Shown: positions 40,037 through 49,351 of the stretch, piece after piece
Layout of the letters: each line of letters begins with the position of its first letter
How positions within the stretch are numbered: position 1 is the first letter of the stretch
Assembly (NCBI GenBank): GCA_051439505.1
Contig: JBFRWI010000051.1
Span: 1-49,516 of the forward strand
Reading direction: 5' to 3'
Source of the DNA: Hormoscilla sp.
GTDB lineage: Bacteria > Cyanobacteriota > Cyanobacteriia > Cyanobacteriales > Desertifilaceae
Length of the DNA: 49,516 bases
Made by a program: the position numbers and the translations under genes
The notes under the pieces: generated by a model
Database searches by the model: none
What the model saw: the letters and a program-made list of their open reading frames with translations, nothing else
Told to the model about the DNA's origin: nothing

Positions 40037-40273
40037 TTACAGATAAACAGGCACTACTATTGGTTCAATTTCTGCAACCGAGACAGCAATCACTTCAAAA
40101 CCATTCCCGTTTTCGTCCAATACCTCTAAAACCTAGCCATCTTCTTGTCCTTCTGGTCTCGGACAATAATCCACTATAATTGCCGAAATACCCTGGGGCA
40201 AATTATCCTCAGGAATATCTCCTCTCAGTTTGACTTCTGAAAAGATTTCAAATTTCCTAGCCTCAGTCCTCAT
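40037..40273 (-). pseudogene. DUF4926-like protein with internal stop
   Basis: KFEIFSEVKLRGDIPEDNLPQGISAIIVDYCPRPEGQEDG*VLEVLDENGNGFEVIAVSVAEIEP, with TAG at 40133-40135. Confidence 0.7.
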
Positions 40274-40350
40274 CTTGTGTTAAGTTCGTAGTGAGGACTT
40301 TAGTCCTCATTCTCCGTAGTAAGCGCTTTAGCGCTTACTACGAACCTGAA

Positions 40351-40470
40351 GGGTGCATCTCACTTGCACAGGGGCGAAGCATTTCGATAGTAAATCTGTC
40401 AACTGATGACACAACTTGTCGCAGAAATGCTTCGCCCCTACAGATATATTTGCAAATATGAGATGCACCC
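40351..40470. mobile_element. 120-bp MITE with 12-bp TIRs and 8-bp target-site duplication, inserted into a REP family A cluster
   Basis: AACCTGAA|GGGTGCATCTCA...TGAGATGCACCC|AACCTGAA. Confidence 0.85.
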
Positions 40471-40516
40471 AACCTGAAGCGCTAAAGCGCTTACTACGAA
40501 CGGGACTTTTCACCTA

Positions 40517-41059
40517 TTACTTCTCAATGGGGGCATTGCGCAAGATATTATCTATTTCAATGTAAACTTGAGAGTAACCATCTGAATTTTGAGCAAAAGG
40601 AACACCAGAAGCATAACTCAATTGCAATAAGCGATCGATCAACTCATCAGCATCATCATCTTTTTTCAGAGTCCAGAGGGTGCCATGACAACGACCGCCT
40701 TCCTCTTTGGAGACACAAATAACACGTTCGTCATTGTCCCTGCCAGTGGTAATGTAATTGAGAATGCCCTGTTCCAAATATGACTGGAATTTTTCGGATA
40801 CTATCTCACACCGCTTTTGCCGAGGATAGCCCGCACTGGCGAAATCATCTGATTCCCAGCGAATTAATGGTATCTTACCTCTGGCAGTTTTGACAAAGGT
40901 CGTGGGCGTACCGTCGGCAGATCGATCGCAGTAGTAGGTAGCGGTGGGCGTCGTCGAAGCAGTCGGTTGAGTAGGAGTGGGCCGACGTTGCTGGCAGGCC
41001 GTCCCCAGGGCCATTATTGCCGCTGCGGCGATCGCAGTTTTCCAGGATTTGTTTTTCAT
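40517..41059 (-). CDS. COP23-domain (lipo)protein
   Basis: Signal peptide with lipobox-like LGTAC. Motifs PLIRW, RCEIVS.KFQ, YITTG...VIC and LWTL. Confidence 0.75.
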   Translation of the reverse strand: MKNKSWKTAIAAAAIMALGTACQQRRPTPTQPTASTTPTATYYCDRSADGTPTTFVKTARGKIPLIRWESDDFASAGYPRQKRCEIVSEKFQSYLEQGILNYITTGRDNDERVICVSKEEGGRCHGTLWTLKKDDDADELIDRLLQLSYASGVPFAQNSDGYSQVYIEIDNILRNAPIEK

Positions 41060-41162
41060 GATGGATTATATTCGGAGAAATTGATGTATAATAAAATGAA
41101 GTAAGCACAGATCTGTCTATTATAACTCATATCCCCCGTCCGTCCCTTGGAACTGGAGAAAG

Positions 41163-42701
41163 ATGAATCAGAATAATCAGTATGTCATTGGTATAGACAT
41201 TGGCACGAGCAGCACAAAAGCGGTATTATTCACCACTACGGGAAAACCAGTATACAAGCATACTGTTGAGTATCCCTTATACAAACCTACTCCCGATGCT
41301 GCCGAACAGAACCCCGAGGAAATCTTCCATGCCGCGATCGCATGCGTCCGAGAAGTGGTAGTCAAGAGTAAAATTGACCCGACGGATTTACTCTGTCTCT
41401 CCTTTAGCGCCGCCATGCATAGTTTAATTGCAGTCGATGGCGAAGGGGGGCTATTATCTCAATGTCTAACTTGGGCGGATAATCGCAGTGCCAAATGGGC
41501 AGAAAAACTCAAGCGATCGCAGGTAGCACCGGAAATCTACTTGAGAACTGGCACCCCCATTCATGCCATGTCTCCGTTAGTGAAACTGGTGTGGATGCGG
41601 AACGAATATCCGGATTTTTTTGAACTCAGCGCTAAGTTTATTTCCATTAAAGAATATGTATTTTATCACCTCTTCCAAGAGTATATCATCGATTACTCGA
41701 TCGCCTCAGCCACGGGTTTACTAAACTTAAAATTACGAACCTGGGATCGGGAGGCGCTGGAAATAGCGGGCATCACCCAAGGGCAATTATCAGAATTAGT
41801 ACCCACCACCCACGTGCTAGAGTCTATGAATGAAAAGCAGGCCAGGGCAATGGGCATTCCGGCAAATATACCGACGGTAATTGGCGCCAGTGATGGGGTA
41901 TTGTCAAATTTAGGAGTAGGGGCGATCGCCCCCAGAACTTTGGCCATTAACATTGGCACCAGTGGGGCAGTGCGGGCCGTAGTAGACAGACCCAAAACTG
42001 ACCCCAAAGGGAGGATATTTTGCTACAATCTCACGGAAAAGCATTGGGTAATCGGAGGGGCAGTAAATAACGGGGGCCTAGTATTGCGCTGGGTGCGCGA
42101 TCGCCTGTGCGATGCCGAAGTAGCAACAGCAAATCAATTGGGTGCAGATCCATACGATCTGCTAACCGCGATCGCCCAAACAGCACCTCCGGGATCCGCA
42201 GGACTGATATTTCATCCCTACTTGACCGGAGAGCGATCGCCCCTATGGGATGCTAGGGCCAGAGGTTCATTTTTCGGTCTATCTCTAGACCACAGCAAAG
42301 CCCATATAATTAGAGCAGTGCTAGAAGGAATAGGATTTAACTTACAGCAGGTATTGCAAGCAGTAGAAGAATTGACAGGGACAGCAGAAAGAATCAAAGC
42401 GACAGGGGGCTTTGCCAAGTCAGAATTCTGGCGACAGATGCTAGCAGATATATGCGATCGGGAAATAATCGTACCCGAAACCTATGAGAGTGCCTGTCTG
42501 GGTGCAGCAGTATTGGGACTCTACGCACTCAAGGAAATAGCATCCTTAAATGCAGTGTCGGAAATGCTGGGGGAAAATATCCGACATCGGCCTCATGCTG
42601 CTAATGTGGAGATTTATCAACAGATGATTCCCCTGTACGCTCGCATCTTATCAAACATCAAAGGCGAATACCAAAGTATCTGGCAACTGTTCCCCAGGTA
42701 A
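41163..42701 (+). CDS. gntK: FGGY-family sugar kinase, gluconokinase type
   Basis: Motifs IGIDIGTSSTK, SAAMHS, TWADNR, GTPIHAMSP, PYLTGERSPLW and ATGGFA. Confidence 0.85.
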   Translation: MNQNNQYVIGIDIGTSSTKAVLFTTTGKPVYKHTVEYPLYKPTPDAAEQNPEEIFHAAIACVREVVVKSKIDPTDLLCLSFSAAMHSLIAVDGEGGLLSQCLTWADNRSAKWAEKLKRSQVAPEIYLRTGTPIHAMSPLVKLVWMRNEYPDFFELSAKFISIKEYVFYHLFQEYIIDYSIASATGLLNLKLRTWDREALEIAGITQGQLSELVPTTHVLESMNEKQARAMGIPANIPTVIGASDGVLSNLGVGAIAPRTLAINIGTSGAVRAVVDRPKTDPKGRIFCYNLTEKHWVIGGAVNNGGLVLRWVRDRLCDAEVATANQLGADPYDLLTAIAQTAPPGSAGLIFHPYLTGERSPLWDARARGSFFGLSLDHSKAHIIRAVLEGIGFNLQQVLQAVEELTGTAERIKATGGFAKSEFWRQMLADICDREIIVPETYESACLGAAVLGLYALKEIASLNAVSEMLGENIRHRPHAANVEIYQQMIPLYARILSNIKGEYQSIWQLFPR

Positions 42702-42711
42702 TTATTAACTG

Positions 42712-42760
42712 GGCTAATGGTTAATGGCTAATGGTTAATGGCTAATGGTTAATGGCTAAT
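42712..42760. repeat. STRR heptamer array (GGYTAAT)x7
   Basis: Alternating GGCTAAT and GGTTAAT units. Confidence 0.9.
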
Positions 42761-42826
42761 GGCTTCTTGAACCCAATCATTACAGGAAATGGCATCACCG
42801 GTGCTGGCGTCGGGGCGATCGCCCAG

Positions 42827-43117
42827 CAAGACTTCAAGGGATAAAATCTGTCATTGCGAGGGGGAAATAAAAACCGACAATTTAGGGCTCCAAGTGATGA
42901 TACCCCCGTAGCGCTCCTGCGTCGCGCACTTCGTAAAAGCGCAGCGGCCCGACGCAGGAGGGCTAGCAATCTCACCGACAACGCCGTAGTGATATTCATC
43001 TCATACGGGGCGGGGGATTGCTTCGGGGGGGGGTTAACGATGATGAAAGCATAAGTTAATCGCGGAGTACCCCCCCCCCTCGCAATGACAACCTATATTC
43101 TTAACCGAGAAGTATTG
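42827..43117. mobile_element. MITE (CAATACTTC-type TIRs) carrying a family B REP pair
   Basis: CAAGACTTC...GAAGTATTG ends. Imperfect 10-bp flanking repeat GATCGCCCAG/GATCCGCCAG. Homologous to 45001-45238. Confidence 0.7.
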
Positions 43118-43199
43118 GATCCGCCAGGGAAATTTCAGGGAAGAGCAAACTGTTAAAGTACAATAAAATTATAAATTTCGATCCAGGAGAGAAAGATGA

Positions 43200-43808
43200 A
43201 TGCATAGGTTACAGGGAAAACTGCACGCTCGAAACTTACTCTTAGTTGGCCTCAGCGCGTTAATCGCGATCGGGCTGCAACCGCAGACAGCTAGTTCTAG
43301 TCCAGTGGCCAAACATGAAACTCGCAGGGAAACAAATAACACCCCAATGCTGTCCGAGAGAGCATTAACTCCACAATTACCTCCCCTGGGAGACTCTTCG
43401 AGATATCTACCACAAGAGGCCGCAATTCGTTTAGTGCTCAAGTTGAGCGAACGTCGAGTGTATGTCTATCGGGGGGACCAGATGCAAGCCAATTATCCGG
43501 TAGCCGTAGGGAAACGGGGCTGGGAAACACCCACGGGCACCTTTGCCGTGATCCAAATGGATGTCAATCCCATTTGGCAAAGTCCCTGGACAAACGAGGT
43601 TTCTACTCCAGGACCAAATAGTCCCTTAGGAGTGAGGTGGATCGGCTTCTGGACCGACGGCACCGATCACATAGGATTTCACGGCACCCCCACCCTGTCC
43701 TCGATCGGGAAAGCAGCATCCCACGGTTGCGTCCGGATGCGCAATGAGGATGTCGTGGCCTTATTCGAGCAAGTGCAGATGGGGACACCGGTAGTTGTCG
43801 AGCCCTAG
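43200..43808 (+). CDS. L,D-transpeptidase (YkuD family)
   Basis: Motifs YPVAVGK, TPTG, IGFHGT and SHGCVRM. Confidence 0.93.
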   Translation: MHRLQGKLHARNLLLVGLSALIAIGLQPQTASSSPVAKHETRRETNNTPMLSERALTPQLPPLGDSSRYLPQEAAIRLVLKLSERRVYVYRGDQMQANYPVAVGKRGWETPTGTFAVIQMDVNPIWQSPWTNEVSTPGPNSPLGVRWIGFWTDGTDHIGFHGTPTLSSIGKAASHGCVRMRNEDVVALFEQVQMGTPVVVEP

Positions 43809-44030
43809 GACCTAGTGGTCAGTTGTCGGTGGTGGCTATAGGTTGAGGCGGTTGGTGTCTAAATTACCACCTTCAGCTCCCCGATCGGGACAAATCCCAA
43901 GGTTCAATTTAAAAAGTGACCACTCTGCTATTTAATCAATCGGCCCGCTATTTACATTGAATATATACAGAGGACAGCACAAACAGCTCGTCCCAAACAG
44001 TCAAACCATAACATAAAGAGGGAGCGAATT

Positions 44031-44300
44031 ATGAAATTAGTCACCACGGGCATATTTTTTGCAGGACTGGCCGCTGCTATTGGAGTGAGTATTAGCCAAA
44101 CCACCGATGGCAACTGGAACATCAAAACTCCACCCATTCCGGCTATGGATATTACCATTAATACGGGAGAAAAACCTCCTACTCCAGTCGGAGAGGTAAC
44201 GTCCGAAAAATTATCCGAAAAAGTCTCGGAAGAACCTGATTTTTATCAATTATTGCTCGATGCCATCCGGTCTGGCCTGTCGGGAGCCGAGGATGTCTGA
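44031..44300 (+). CDS. Short secreted hypothetical protein, truncated duplicate of the downstream gene
   Basis: First about 57 aa are nearly identical to the 44392 ORF. Confidence 0.6.
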   Translation: MKLVTTGIFFAGLAAAIGVSISQTTDGNWNIKTPPIPAMDITINTGEKPPTPVGEVTSEKLSEKVSEEPDFYQLLLDAIRSGLSGAEDV

Positions 44301-44391
44301 CCTGGTCGGGATCGCGATCGCATCTGAACCCTAGTGTCTGAAAAGCCTACAGAGCAAACAGTCAAACTATAACACAGAGAGAGAGGCAATT

Positions 44392-44877
44392 ATGAGATTA
44401 CTCACCACAGGCATATTTGTTGCAGGACTGGCCGCTGCTATTGGAGTGAGTATTAGCCAAACCACCGATGGCAGCTGGAACATCAAAACTCCACCCATTC
44501 CGGCTATGGATATTACCATTAATACGGGAGAAAAACCTCCTACTCCAGTCGGTGAGGTAACACCCATATCCGAAAAATTATCCGCATCAGAAGAACCCTC
44601 ATTTTATCAATCCTTGCCCGATCGAGATGTATTTTTTGCCCCAGGAACCGACCATCAGGATGTTTCTGGTGAAGGCGCCACCCAGCGCAACTACGATCTC
44701 ATCGCCTTAGAAGGCCAGCAGATTACCATTACCACCTTGTCCGGTCAGGTAAACACAGAAGTATTTACACCCGGCGGAGATTTGTTGAGTGAAAATGAAC
44801 CTTTACCGATCACCGGGAAATATAAAATAAAAGTTAGGGCTGCTAGTCCTTACCGCCTCAGAATAGAAGTAAATTGA
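44392..44877 (+). CDS. Secreted hypothetical protein with PPC-like C-terminal beta domain
   Basis: Hydrophobic N-terminus. YDLIALEGQQITI...LPITGKYKIKV. Confidence 0.65.
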   Translation: MRLLTTGIFVAGLAAAIGVSISQTTDGSWNIKTPPIPAMDITINTGEKPPTPVGEVTPISEKLSASEEPSFYQSLPDRDVFFAPGTDHQDVSGEGATQRNYDLIALEGQQITITTLSGQVNTEVFTPGGDLLSENEPLPITGKYKIKVRAASPYRLRIEVN

Positions 44878-45000
44878 CGATCTAGGACTTGTAAATGATA
44901 CTCTTTAGGGTATCGCTACATGAACCAAGCAATGTCATTGCGAGCGCAGCGCGGCAACCGCCTGCGCGGGCTTGGTTTTTGCAGTCGCACCCCTATTCGC

Positions 45001-45238
45001 GAATACTTCAAGGGATACAAGCTGTCATTGCGAGGGGGGAAACCGAAACCGATAATTTAGGGATCTCCGCCTTTATCCCCCCCCGAAGCAATCTCACCGA
45101 CGACGCAGAAGAAGTGCTATTCATTTTATACAGGGCGGGGGATTGCTTCGGGGGGGGTTAAGGAGATTTCCCATAAATTAATCCTGTTCTACCCCCCCCC
45201 TCGCAATGACATTCTCAAGCAAAACCTACGAAGTATTG
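45001..45238. mobile_element. MITE with 12-bp target-site duplication
   Basis: ACCCCTATTCGC|GAATACTTC...GAAGTATTG|ACCCCTATTCGC. Internal TGTCATTGCGAG...CTCGCAATGACA. Confidence 0.82.
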
Positions 45239-45297
45239 ACCCCTATTCGCCCCTACAGATAGATTTGCTTGCGGGAGATATGCACTCCCAGTTGAGT

Positions 45298-46236
45298 TTA
45301 GGCTTCCGAACTTATTTTCTGACACTGTTCCAGTCTGTGGGCGATCGCGGCCAAACTATCAGCAGCGGTAGATGTACCCACACCATAACAAGCGCGTCGC
45401 CTCCAGACTATCACCGGGAGATGTCCTTCGGGAGCATGAGCAGAAAAACTCAGTTCGTCATAATTGAGCCAGTTTTCCCGCTGGCGCCAGCCCACCCGAT
45501 CGCAAAAATCCGTATAATTATTCTCCAGGCTGAATAATATTCGCCTCTGCACGTTGAAGCCGAAGCGTCCGCTGCTATACTCGGTCCAGAGTTGGTCGAT
45601 CGTATGTAAGTCCCTACAAGGAAAGTTTTCGATATCTTTCAAGCGTAGCCAGCCTTCTGCTTCTCGATCGGCTACAATTAACATTACCAGCCAGGTATAT
45701 TGATCGGCTTCTTGCCATCTGCCTGTGGCCAGCAACTGATCTAACTGACTGTAGTCCATGCCCACCTCAGACTGCCAGCTAGTTTGTGCGGAGGAGGGAA
45801 TCAAAAATTCCAGTTTTGTTAAGATCAGGTTCAGCATGGACATCAGTTCTGCTCTTTGAGAACTTGCCAGTTCCAGTTCCTGTTTCAGTTCCTGGCGTTC
45901 GATCTCCCCCTGCTGCAAAGCTGCTTCCAACTTATTCAACCGGTTTTCCAACCTCAAGATCGCCGACTGCATAAACTCCTGCTGTGCTGAAATTTGACTG
46001 GGCGGTTGTAAGCTGGGTGGTTCGGACTCCTGCAAGGAACTGGATGTTTTGTTCTCGCGGTTTTTCCCACTAGACTTCTTGGCCTCAGCATTCTTGAGAG
46101 CCGAACTTTCTGCGTCAACATTGATAATAATGGTGCCACTGGGCAACTGGTAACCGTTGAGGGCTCCTGACTTCCACCAGCGCCAAGCTGTTCTGTATGA
46201 GACGCCCACTTCACGGGCATAATCTGCCAGTTTCAC
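45298..46236 (-). CDS. GUN4-domain protein with N-terminal IS607-type HTH and coiled coil
   Basis: N-terminus KLADYAREVGVSYRTAWRWWKSG..GYQLPSGTII. C-terminus DYSQLDQLL..WQEAD, FPCRDLHTIDQLW..YSSGRFGF.VQ and PEGHLP. Confidence 0.85.
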   Translation of the reverse strand: MKLADYAREVGVSYRTAWRWWKSGALNGYQLPSGTIIINVDAESSALKNAEAKKSSGKNRENKTSSSLQESEPPSLQPPSQISAQQEFMQSAILRLENRLNKLEAALQQGEIERQELKQELELASSQRAELMSMLNLILTKLEFLIPSSAQTSWQSEVGMDYSQLDQLLATGRWQEADQYTWLVMLIVADREAEGWLRLKDIENFPCRDLHTIDQLWTEYSSGRFGFNVQRRILFSLENNYTDFCDRVGWRQRENWLNYDELSFSAHAPEGHLPVIVWRRRACYGVGTSTAADSLAAIAHRLEQCQKISSEA

Positions 46237-46376
46237 TCTTCCGTTTTTTTTAACGACTGGCTACATATTAGCCCGTTTGACTAGAAAGGCAAGTAAAGTT
46301 TTGCAAAGATTGTCTAGTTGTCAGTTGTCAGTGCTCAGTTGTCAGTGGTCAGTCGTCAGTACCATTTTTAGAGATC

Positions 46377-48650
46377 GTGGCTAATTCCAGTTTACAACTC
46401 CCAGAGATAGAGAATGAGCAAAGGACAGAGGATATTCTCATTCACCTGGCCTATTTGCAATACCAGCAACAAGGAGATCTCGCCTCTGGGGAAGACTTGT
46501 CCTCGGACCTCCAAGCAGCTGCTTGTCAGCTAGTCTTACGCCTCCAGCAACAAAATGCCATTGCTTCCTGTTGCCAACAGAGTCCCATTGGCAAACTCCT
46601 ACCAGCTGCTCTGTACGTCCATGTTACAGCAATAGAAGCCCTCGATCCTTTGCTGCGCCTCTACGAAAGATGCGCCCGGGACATTGCCGGGGACGTACAT
46701 GAGGCGACGATCGTCAAATTCCACCTGGACAAACAGAAAATATCCTATCTATTTTACCCCGACTTCGACAGGGATGCCCATCCTCTACTGGAAGCCAGTA
46801 TCCAGGTTGACTTTTGTCAAGCTCAAAGCAACTACCGAGATTATCGCACTAGCAATAATCCTCCCATTCTCCACCGCAAAGATGCTTTTGTCACCCATGA
46901 CTATCCCCATTATGAAGAATTTGCCCAGCTTACCCGAGAGGAAGAAGAGTTAGGACTCCTGGACAAGCGGACTGGTTTTTCCATTGGTACGCTGCAAAGT
47001 TGGCTAGACTGCTTAGACGCCCATGGTGTGGAAATCGAAAATCACCATGTTATCCAAGGATCTGATTTTGTCAGCAAAGCATTAGCGCCAAAAATAGAAC
47101 GCCACAAGGCTGCTATGTTCCGCAAGGATCTTTCTCGTCCTGTCCGTTTAGCTTTGGAAGCGGAACTCTTCAGTCGGGATACGACTTTCTTTGACTATGG
47201 TTGTGGATATGGGGGCGATATTCAACGCATAGCTGAGAGGGGCTACGCCAGTGAGGGTTGGGACCCCTATTACTCCCCCGATCGCCCTTTGGTAAGTGCG
47301 GAGATTGTCAACTTAGGTTATGTTATCAATGTGATCGAATGTCAGGAGGAACGTCGATCGGCATTAATGAAAGCCTGGGAACTCACCCAGAAAGTTTTAC
47401 TGGTATCGGCGCAAGTTTTGATTAATGACCGGAATGCCGGACAGGTCGCCTATGGGGATGGCATCATTACCAAGCGTAATACCTTTCAGAAATATTTCCA
47501 ACAAGAAGAACTGAAAACTTATATCGATCGGATCCTGGGAGTAGATGCAGTTCCGGTGGCCTTGGGGATTTATTTCGTGTTTCGGGATGCAGCACAAGCA
47601 GATAGTTTCCGCGCCTCTCGCTTTTATTCCCGGGCCAGGACTCCTAGAGTTCGCTTACCCGATAAGCAGTTTGCAGATTATCAAACCATGCTAACTCCTT
47701 TGATGGAGTTCTTTACTCAGCGGGGACGCCTTCCGGTCAGAGGAGAACTTGCTTCGGAGTCGGAAATATTGGCAGAGTTTAGAACTTTTCGCAGCGCTTT
47801 TAAGGTAATTTTACAGGTGACAGACCCAGAAGATTGGGATGCGATCGCGGACAAGCGGCGTCAGGACTTGCTAGTTTACATTGCCCTCACGCACTTTACC
47901 GGTCGCCCCCATGCGCGAAACCTGGCCCCCCTAGTCAAATTCGACATCAAAGCATTAATGGGCAGCTACAAATCTGCTTGTTTGCTTGCGGATCAAATGC
48001 TATTTAGCATTGGCGATCTGAATTTTATCACCAAATGTTGCGAACATTCTCCTGTGGGCAAGCAGGGCCCCCATTCTTTCTCCGTGCATGTCAATTATCT
48101 GCACCAACTCGACCCCCGACTGCGACTCTACGAAGGTTGTGCCAACCGCACCATTGGACGATTAGATGGGGCGACTGTTATCAAGTTTCATACTAACATA
48201 CCGAAAATATCTTATCTATTCTATCCCGACTTCGATACCGACCCTCATCCCATTTTACAGACCTGCATGCAGATCGACCTGCGGGATTTAAGCGTTAATT
48301 ATAAAGACTACGATCGCGTCCGCAACCCTGCCATTCTACATCAAAAAGACCAGTTAGTAGGACCGGATTACCCAAATTATGAAAAATTCGCCCGACTCAG
48401 TCAACAGGAAGCAGACTGGGGACTTTTAGATGATTTATCTGCGATCGGGACTCGTCGGGGATGGCAGCAATGTTTAGAAGCACATTGTGCTAGGATTGAT
48501 AGTTATCGTCTCTATTGGCGCAAAGATGCCGACCCTTATCGGCTGAGAGTGCTTAAAGCTGCTGTAAAAAACCGCCGGGAAAAAAGAAGAAAGGCTCAAC
48601 TGACTTCGCTGTCATCCCGCAGGGGGTTCAAACCCCCTGCTAATAGCTAA
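46377..48650 (+). CDS. DNA phosphorothioation-associated putative methyltransferase (TIGR04096-like)
   Basis: Motifs RHKAAM.R.DLSRP, FFDYGCGYGGD, GWDPYY, VNLGYVINVIE and TFQKYFQQ. Two copies of the KISYLFYPDFD.D.HP domain. Confidence 0.85.
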   Translation: MANSSLQLPEIENEQRTEDILIHLAYLQYQQQGDLASGEDLSSDLQAAACQLVLRLQQQNAIASCCQQSPIGKLLPAALYVHVTAIEALDPLLRLYERCARDIAGDVHEATIVKFHLDKQKISYLFYPDFDRDAHPLLEASIQVDFCQAQSNYRDYRTSNNPPILHRKDAFVTHDYPHYEEFAQLTREEEELGLLDKRTGFSIGTLQSWLDCLDAHGVEIENHHVIQGSDFVSKALAPKIERHKAAMFRKDLSRPVRLALEAELFSRDTTFFDYGCGYGGDIQRIAERGYASEGWDPYYSPDRPLVSAEIVNLGYVINVIECQEERRSALMKAWELTQKVLLVSAQVLINDRNAGQVAYGDGIITKRNTFQKYFQQEELKTYIDRILGVDAVPVALGIYFVFRDAAQADSFRASRFYSRARTPRVRLPDKQFADYQTMLTPLMEFFTQRGRLPVRGELASESEILAEFRTFRSAFKVILQVTDPEDWDAIADKRRQDLLVYIALTHFTGRPHARNLAPLVKFDIKALMGSYKSACLLADQMLFSIGDLNFITKCCEHSPVGKQGPHSFSVHVNYLHQLDPRLRLYEGCANRTIGRLDGATVIKFHTNIPKISYLFYPDFDTDPHPILQTCMQIDLRDLSVNYKDYDRVRNPAILHQKDQLVGPDYPNYEKFARLSQQEADWGLLDDLSAIGTRRGWQQCLEAHCARIDSYRLYWRKDADPYRLRVLKAAVKNRREKRRKAQLTSLSSRRGFKPPANS

Positions 48651-48670
48651 AGTCGGTTGAAAACCGACTA
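48616..48670. repeat. REP-like element, family D (half copy), overlapping the methyltransferase stop
   Basis: GCAGGGGGTTCAAACCCCCTGCTAATAGCTAAAGTCGGTTGAAAACCGACT. Confidence 0.75.
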
Positions 48671-48728
48671 AAAAATTTTATGTATGTTCTGTATGGTAAA
48701 ATAGTCAACAGAGAAAAGAGGAAAGGTC

Positions 48729-48990
48729 ATGTCACAATTAGATATTGCGGAAGCGAGGACTAAACTGCCCGAATTACTCGTGCATAGCCCTCAAGGGCGA
48801 AGAAGTGGGTCATCACCCAAGGCTCAGGTCCGGTTGCCAAACTGCCGCCAGTGCCAGAAAAGCCGCGCCGACAGTTTGGAAGTATGAAAGATATAATCTG
48901 GGTAGCAGATGACTTTGACGAACCGCTGACGGAAGAATTTAAGGAATATATGGAATGAGAATACTGCTGGATACCCATGCATTTATAGCA
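48729..48990 (+). pseudogene. Frameshifted Phd/YefM-DUF2281-like antitoxin and truncated VapC/PIN toxin
   Basis: MSQLDIAEARTKLPELL/IALKGEEV/VITQGSGPVAKL...RQFGSMKDIIWVADDFDEPL read across two frameshifts. ATGA overlap into MRILLDTHAFI, after which similarity ends. Confidence 0.8.
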
Positions 48991-49351
48991 ATTCTCATAT
49001 TTATCAGGTACAATAGCCGGCGCTTTATTTACTACATGCTATTATTGGCTCGGGTGCTCCCTCGCAGGGGTGTGGTCACAAGCAGTTGATAGTCATTTGC
49101 CGCCCTTCGGCCCTTCGGCTCACGCTCAGGGACCACTCACGCTCAGGGACCACCGATAACTGTAGGATGTTGTTGGCGAATTACCTTCCACGAGCGATCT
49201 GCGAGAGCAGGGAGCAGGGAGCCCCCTCGCAGGAAGAGGGGAGAAAATCATTGATTCATAATGGTTTGGAGTTGCTGGGGGGCGACGCCCCCCAGTCTAT
49301 TCGCCAACAGTATCCTGTAGGGGCTCCCGCTAAGGAGCGACTAATGTTGAG

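Noticed and set aside
46100..46236. Intact IS607 element
   Set aside because: Only the HTH is present. There is no recombinase catalytic domain, tnpB or element ends.
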